Below, in pieces: positions 56,351-64,000 of a DNA stretch of 64,000 nt. Source of the DNA: the human T2T-CHM13v2.0 reference genome, Homo sapiens; assembly GCF_009914755.1 (NCBI RefSeq), contig NC_060930.1; one strand, written 5' to 3'. Both the position numbers and the translations under genes were made by a program. The stretch's first letter is position 1; each line of letters begins with the position of its first letter. Below the pieces are notes generated by a model. The model was not told where the DNA came from. It made no database searches and saw only the letters and a list, made by a program, of their open reading frames with translations.

Positions 56351-56884
56351 TCCTTCCACCTCTGTTGCGCCAGTACTCTATTGGGCAAGTTATCCTACTC
56401 TTTCATTACCAATGAAGCAGGGTTCCAAAATGAGCCCTTTGACTAGTACTAACAATGCCTGCTCTTCCCCAACTTTCTCTTCTTCTTCTTGAACTCCTAA
56501 TTGCCCCCATTCTCATACTTGTCTAATTTAAAAGAGCATCCTTAATTTAGTAAATATGTCATATTTAGTTTTGAAAAAAAAAATTCCATGTCTGAATCTT
56601 TGCCTATTTTCTGAAAAGCATTAGCAGAGTTTAGATGTTAAACAAGAAATAAACCAGATAGCAGTAAATATGTGTTGGGAAATTCAGGTGGTACTATTTC
56701 CTCTTTTACTTCAGAGGTATAGAACACCTGAAGTGCAGCTTTAGAAATTCTGTATTGCTCAACCAAGTTTTTTAAATGATTCATACCTACAAAATGACAG
56801 CAGGTTTGAAGAGCCCTATATGAGAATCTGTGCTAACCTTTGCATTTTACAGAGGAAATAACCAAGGCACAGAAACATTAAGGC

Positions 56885-57105
56885 GATAGAGTATTCAGCA
56901 AATGCTTGGGTTTGGAAATGAGACTTTCGGGACTAAATCTTGGCTCTTAGTAGCAATGATTTCCAGGTCTAATTCTCAATCACCTCATCTGTAACATGGG
57001 GATAATTATGGTGCAGAGTTGTTGAGAGGATTCAATAATTTAATGTCTATAAAGCATTTGGCCTAGTGCCTGGCCCAACATAATTACCCAATAAAAGTTA
57101 CTGTT
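56885..57105 (+). mobile_element. MIR
   Basis: cctcatctgtaacatggggataat..agagttgttgagaggatt..taaagcattt..agtgcctggc. Confidence 0.8.
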
Positions 57106-57569
57106 ATTACTGCTATCATCTTCATCATCATCAATATTACCCACATCATCATTTGCCTCCTTGTTATTCAGTGCTAGTCAAAGGCAACATTGGAACCCAG
57201 GCCTCACGAGTCCTATCTCATCATACTTTCACTCTAGTTTCAAGGCATGCTGCAGAATTTCAAGTTCATGATTCTGAACAGGACCACAGCTTGAAAAATG
57301 CTTTCTTCTTGCGGACCTCTTTCAACACCAGAATTCTGTTTCAGCAAACACCACCATGTACGTACTTTCCACAACCCCACCCTAGCACGGTCGATTAGGA
57401 TAAATGCCCTGATAAAAATGCACTTATAACCCTTCATCACAGATAGCAATATTACAGAGCTGGGACAATTAAATACACAATCATTTGGAGGCAAATTGAA
57501 GTTGATATTTTTCATCAGTCTGGCTGTTTGTGACATAACTATTCTTTAATCTTTTCACATTTCTCAGAT

Positions 57570-57815
57570 AGTAATAATGATAACCTCCATTTGCACAGCA
57601 CTCTATGGTTTATAGAAAAGCCTTCACTTGCATTTTTCCATTTGATTACCACACATTGCTATGCAGTAGACAGAGTAGGTATTATTATCCTCATTTTATA
57701 GGTGAGGACATTGAAGCTAAGATGTGATTTTCTCAGGGCCACTAGGCTAGTAAGTAGCTGGGCCTGCTCTCAAACCCCTGAATCCTGATTCTCAGTACAT
57801 ATGTGCTCTTCCTAC
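57570..57815 (-). mobile_element. MIR (MIRb/c)
   Basis: gtattattatcctcattttataggtgagga..ggctagtaagtagc. Confidence 0.8.
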
Positions 57816-58769
57816 TACAGAAAGCAAACTCCCTTGAGCTTGGTTTCTGACATACATAAACAATTGTTTACAAAATAGTCAAAAAGTGACTCTTATTTTA
57901 TCAAGTTCATGTAGGAAAGAGTTGCTAAGTGAATTCTAAGGTGATTGAAATGCACTAGCATCTTGTGAAGTAAGTTAATAGACCTATAGAAATAATCAGC
58001 CTGGCCTTCTGGAGGGTCAGTAGTTGCTCTCTTGCCAGGGAGAATTCGATACCTGTGAAGATAGAGCTAAAAAAAATCTTTCTTTCAATTTTGGAAATAC
58101 ATATTATAAACTTTCTAGTAAAAAAAAAAAAAAAAAAAAAAGATGAAGGAAAGAAAACCTGACAGAACAAGCAAGCAAGGAACGATCATCTTTCTAAGTT
58201 GTTATCATGACTTCTGTGCAACATCTGATTCTGCAATCTGTCATTTCCCAAAGCCAAGAAATGAAGAGACAGTGGGAGTCAAGTCCCTTGAAGAAAGCAA
58301 TGGAGTTGTTGGGGGCTTTGTTCCCTTCTTTGTGCCAAATGGGATGGGTCTCTGGCAGCAACACTTTGAATAAATTGTGAAAACAGTTCTAAGGGCCAAG
58401 AAATTACTTCATAAGGGAGAGGAAGGGAGAAAGAGAAGGAGGCGCTGGATCCCCGGGGCAATCAATTTCTGTGCTGTGGTATGAGATTTGATTATCTTTA
58501 TCTGATTTGCATAACTTCAAATGCTATTGGTCACAAAATACTCTGAGTTTTTAAAATCTGTGACTCACTTTTTAACCTGGGGACCTGTCTCTATATACTG
58601 GTTGTGAGTTCAATTTCCTCAAGTAATTCACGATGAATTAGCTCCACATTCCCTAAGAGTATTATCTTTTAAGTAGCATTCATTTTCATTTCTGAATTGT
58701 GCAATTCTGATCCATTTTTCAATATCAAGCTAAAATGATAATGCAGGTTATAGCAAATAAAATGTTGAA

Positions 58770-58935
58770 TTTGATATAGTAAGATTTGCATTGAGGTCCT
58801 GGTTTTGCCATTAACTAATTGTATGACATTGATCATGTTATTTTCACCCCCAAGGAGCTCAGTTTTCTCCATTGTTCAGAAAGAAAAAAAGTCATTTTTA
58901 ATTTCTAAGGCTTTCATACATTCTAAAATTTTATG
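58770..58935 (+). mobile_element. MIR3-like
   Basis: tcctggttttgccattaactaattgtatgac..ctcagttttctc..tctaagg..ttctaaaattttatga. Confidence 0.7.
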
Positions 58936-60430
58936 AATTTCTGACTTCCAAACAATCCACAGGAATTCCCATGGTGCCAAACCCTGAGGTAGTATTTCTA
59001 AGTAGAGCACATTCTCCTTATACTCTGATAGGACGTGAAAAAGTCTAGAATACACAGGAAATTTAGCTAAAGCCATGTTTTATTTTAAACTTTTTCAACA
59101 ATTAAACAGAAACAAAACCAGTGAAGATTTTATGTATTTGTTCATACCGTTTTAATTCACAACATATAAGAATATTTAAAATACAGAAAAAATAAATCGT
59201 CAAAAAAGTAAAATAAGAGAATGTTGAGTAGAAAAGAACATTAAGCATAAAGGAAGACAGAGCAAAGACTTGCCTAGGTTGAAAGGTCTTATGTAGTTGC
59301 TAACATCATTCTTCATGTGAGTACTCAGACTATGTTTTCTACATGCTTAAATATCACAAACTGTTGTATGGGGTAGTAAAGTTATTTTCAAGATCATCTG
59401 TTCTCAAATATTTGTGACCTTTTCCTGCAAAATATCTATTTCATCCAGAAAAAGTCCTATCTGTCATACACCCTCAAATTTCCTAGGATGCAGATAATAT
59501 TTGAAACATTGTAACTGGGCAATTCTACATGCCTTATGAAAAGAATATATCCCATATACTTTTTAATGCATATGTCTGATTCATACTGAGGTGATTCCAA
59601 ATCCAATCTTTATTGAAATAGTTTTCAGTATATACCTCCCAAGTGTATATTACTTTTTGATTCCTGTGATTCTACTGCCAATCCAGAAGGTACAAATCAG
59701 GTAAAAATTTGATGGTCATCTGGTGGGGATTTTAAAGAGGACATTCGTGCTTTGGGTAGACTCTTGCCTCTTTTGTAAAAACTGGAGAAAACTGGGTGGG
59801 ACTTCAACCTTGTGGACAGCTCTCAGACATGAGATAGAATCCAGCAGCCTGAATGGATCAGATTTGTTTTGCAGAGCACTGGACAGCAAATGTAAGCCAA
59901 AGAGCCAGCATTATTATAATCACAGGGATTACCAGTGACTATCAGAGGAATATTATTGAACAGAAGATGCAAGAAACAAATGTTAAGACATAGACAGGAA
60001 ATGAGGCAAAAGGTCAGGCGCTAAAGAGATTATGACACAACTGGGTCTGAAATCAGAGTGAGAGGTGGCATGCAGTGAAATGTTTATGATAGTGCTACTT
60101 TGGCTGTGAATGAATGAAGCAAGTCTTCCAGAATCTTTATCTTTTTGAATGGTGGGTAGACTGGTCAGATTAAAGGAATATTAGGCTGGATATTTCCCCC
60201 TACAACTATCCAGTAGAGAAGGCATGTAGGTAGAATCTTGCACCAAGAGAAAAATGCCAAACCCTCTTCAAATGTCCCAGGCCCTTTTGAAGCCATCTTA
60301 GCACCACTGCGCGGGCAGAACTTGTAATAGCATTCTGAGATCACTCAATAAATCAAGCGTAAGATATCTAAAGGAGAAGAATTTTTGTAGATGTTATTTT
60401 AATTTTGTTCTCATATTAAACTCATGGATT

Positions 60431-60796
60431 CAGTGGTGTGCTACAGCCAGGTCACACTGGCTCATGGCAATCCATAGCAATCCATGGCAGCACATTTTCT
60501 TGTGCTGGAGCATGAGAAACCAACACAAGAAAATGCGATAATTTGCTTATTCCTATTGCTAATAATAAGGTCCTTGTTCTCTGAAACAGGAGCCTTATGC
60601 TTTTCACCTCTTCCCAACTTCTTGGTCAATGATATCACATTAGTTGCTTGATATTGACTGTGTTGGAAGTATTAGCATAAAAAATACCAAATGCCAAAAA
60701 TCAAAGCTTTTTAGTTTTGGAGTCAGAGGGTTTTTTATTAACGTTTCAGTTTTTGGTGAAGCGGTTGTTAAATATTTCTTAGTAAAACGCTACTGA
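60431..60796 (-). mobile_element. MER63 (hAT-Blackjack) carrying a foreign insertion
   Basis: Ends cagtggtgtgct.. and ..ggttgttaaatattt..ctactg; internal ctcttcccaact..aaatcaaagcttttt; 60493-60608 is not MER63. Confidence 0.75.
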
Positions 60797-61059
60797 AAGG
60801 TAAAGTCATTTCTTTATGGCCTTTTATTGGTCTTTTAGGCCATTAATATGGTCTAAAAATGGAAGAAATGTGTCTTCCAGCTACATATGGTGGATAGAAT
60901 ACATGAATTTATCTTTCCTCCTTTCTGAAATCACACACACACACACAAATTTTCTAAAAACACACAGCAAATAGATGGTAGTAACTTCCCTAGCAAAGTA
61001 GAGATGGCAAACCCAACCATACTCAACCTACAGATTGGCCTCTTTCTGCTACCTGGAGT

Positions 61060-61700
61060 CCTGTTGACAGTACATTTAATTAAATGCTTTATGAGTCAAA
61101 TTGAACAGATTTGATTCTAGATTCCGTTGGTCATATTAATTAGAGTGGCTGGTCAAATTCCCTACTCATAGGGAAATTCGACAGAAACCAAAATGGTGCA
61201 GAAAAGGAAGTGGATATTAGTAGGAGACAATTCTCCATGTGTCTCTTCCATTTTTCCATTATCTGTGAGCAGAGGCACTTTCTGTCACTTTTCCAGACTA
61301 TCTTTTGAAGGATGCTTGTAAAACAAAAAGCCTTGGAAAATAGAGATGGTGTTTTCCACCAAAGGAAAGGGAAGGTTTGCTTACTGTCTTGTATGATAGA
61401 AAATAGGTCTATCTTCAGAGTAAAGGACACAAATGGTTATTGCCCATGATAAAAGATTCAGGTTCTCTATCTCAGGACCCATTGCCTTTAATAGGTATGT
61501 GCAGGCCTTCTTCGTTGTGCTGCTTTTGGAAACTGGGGCATGAGAAACCAGCACAAAAAAAATGCAGATAATTTGCTTATTGCTATTGCTAATAATAAGG
61601 TCATTTTTCTCTGAAACCGGAGGCTTACGCTTTTCACCAGCATCCATGAAACTTGGCAGACTAACTTGTTAGTTTACAAGCAGTGTAAAATATCAAATGA
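61060..61700 (+). mobile_element. ERVL solo LTR MER76-like
   Basis: aagggaaggtttgcttactg..tgcccatgataaaagattcaggtt..tgctattgct..ccagcatccatgaaac..ctaacttgttag. Confidence 0.75.
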
Positions 61701-61729
61701 GATTTTAAAAATAATTAAGAATAGTTTGC

Positions 61730-62056
<327 letters not shown>

Positions 62057-63469
62057 TTAACAGACTTATCTCTGTTAGTTGTCTTCAAGTGATAAGTGAT
62101 ACTTACATTTATCATAGACTTGGGAAAACTTAAAAGGGTGGACTAACCAATCTATGCTTCATGTGTTAGTTTTCTATTATATTTTAGATACCAAAATATT
62201 AGCTTCATATAACTTCACTTTAAAAAGCCTATACATACTTACTAAAAGTAAATTCATTCATACCTAAAGATACATAGAATGCATTATCTCTCTCCTAAAC
62301 CAGATATCCTCGTAGTTGATAAAATTTGGGCTTAGAAATCCTATTAACTCTAAGTTTCACTTAAGTTATCCTTGATTTCTGCTTCAATTTATAACTGATT
62401 TTTATTTATGTCCTCAGGATGTTGCAAACCTCAAATGCTACTAAAAATTTAAAATTAAATTATATTGGTGTATTGTTTTTTAGTTACCTCATCTACAACA
62501 TTTAATTTATTTGTCCAGGTCAGTATTGCACGTCTTTTATTAAAAGTGCTAGGGAACATGAATTATGTCTATATGATATTCTTTATAGAAGTTCCTTGGA
62601 ATTTTTAGAGAAATTCTCTTTTAAAATGCTATCAGAATTATATCTAAATTGGGGCAGTCATGCTGCAACATAGCTTTGGAAAGGTGCAGACAGAGGCAAT
62701 GAAGGATCAAAATATGTAGGTATTAGAGAAGCAACAAAACATAGAAACCCAAATATCAGGCAAAGAGGAAAAGAGGTCAATAAATTCCAAAGAAATCCAT
62801 GATAGGAAAAGACAAAAGTGGCAAAGGTAGAGGTGACACTGCAGGTGAGGGCCTGAGGTAAACGTGGTTGTACATTCCAGGCTTGGATTGTTCTCTTTTA
62901 TCACTTTAACATTCTGAAAAACTCGATCAGTGCAAATGCAGCCTCCTAGTCCCTTCAGCAAATCTTTGCAAATGCTCAGTAAGTTTCCATTTAAATACAT
63001 CACATAGATGTTTACATTCAGTAGAGAAATTTGAGAATTTTCATCAGGATATACAAAAATCGAGTTTGGAAGTTTGTGGTCTAACAAATCCTCCTACTCA
63101 AAAGCAAAGGTTTTATCATGAAAAAGGCTGTTCAAGAGGGAACAAAGGGACAGAGGTTTCAGAGACAATGGGAAACAGTGCACCCACCCAAACTTATCTA
63201 TGCTAGCTTTCTGGCCACACCTAATTGGACAAGACCAGATTTACATGCTTATTCAACTTGGTGTCACACAAAAGAGGAATTGTTTATTTCAATAACCACA
63301 CATTGGAATTCATGGTTTTGATATTTTTCAGGACTTCAAGACAGGCCCCCTGGGTAAGCAGAGTTCTTATTTCTGTCAATGGAATTTTTCCCTAGAGTTG
63401 ATGACGTTTTAAACTATAATTTTCCTTTTAGTTTATAGTTTTTCACTCTCTGCTATGCAATAAAAGCCA

Positions 63470-63560
63470 TTGATCATATACTATATTTAACGCATTGTGC
63501 TCAGCATGGGTAGAAAGGGATGAATAAAACAAAATCCCTACCCTAAAGGAACTTAAAATG
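63470..63560 (-). mobile_element. L2 3' relic
   Basis: gcattgtgct..gatgaataaaacaaaatccctaccctaaaggaactta. Confidence 0.6.
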
Positions 63561-64000
63561 GGCAGTTATCTTTGGAAACAGACCATCACAGAGGCAAACA
63601 CATATTGCCACTCCAACAAAAATATTTAGGTTGTTAGTTGGTTCAACTTGCCACATTTATTAAGTGATTTGACCTATCAGAACAAATTTAAAAAGACATT
63701 TTATAAATATTATATAGAGACATACATATGCATAGTATATACAATTGTTACTATACTTTTGCAAAGTTAAAAGTGAAGCAAAATTATAAGTGGCTAGGCT
63801 CATTCTTGTCATTCATTTTTATTAAATTGCAAAGTACTAGAAATATAGAAATCAGCCCGAGATTAAAAATTAACAATAACAATAACTTGTGGTTTTTCTA
63901 TAACCACTACAATCCCCGTTCTCCAGTCATGCATCAACAAGGAGCTGCTAAGTCAATCTAATTTCCTTGTGAAATTCACTACCATCATGAGGTTTGTATT

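Noticed and set aside
58120-58141. A22 tract as the tail of a processed pseudogene
   Set aside because: No TSD, coding remnant or clear polyadenylation signal upstream.

Overview
AT-rich, CpG-poor primate genomic DNA, very probably human (AluY, AluS, L1PA, THE1 and MLT2A elements). It reads as intergenic sequence or deep intron. I see no intact protein-coding gene, structural RNA gene or CpG island, and I cannot name the locus. The recognisable ORFs in the supplied track are broken L1 ORF1/ORF2, Tigger transposase or Alu/LTR read-throughs; the rest resemble nothing I know. More than half of the window is interspersed repeat: a 14.4-kb block of four sense-strand L1 insertions (11.3-25.8 kb, including a full-length but dead L1PA7-like copy), a near full-length Tigger4/Zombi transposon carrying a THE1 LTR and flanked by divergent MLT2A2/MLT2A1 LTRs, about 9 Alu copies or fragments, and many MIR/L2/L1M/MaLR relics. 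I did not find a demonstrably new biological system. The best observations are: (i) a ~0.9-kb inversion-plus-deletion reconstructed from broken repeats at 38.6-39.56 kb; (ii) one L1 target site used twice, leaving three copies; (iii) a fold-back templated insertion copied from 1 kb away into a MER63; (iv) two candidate minus-strand exons at 43.9-45.05 kb that splice into a short signal-peptide-like frame; (v) a perfect 25-bp AT-rich inverted repeat. Repeat subfamilies were assigned by eye from remembered consensus sequences and need RepeatMasker/Dfam confirmation; boundaries of old repeats are approximate.
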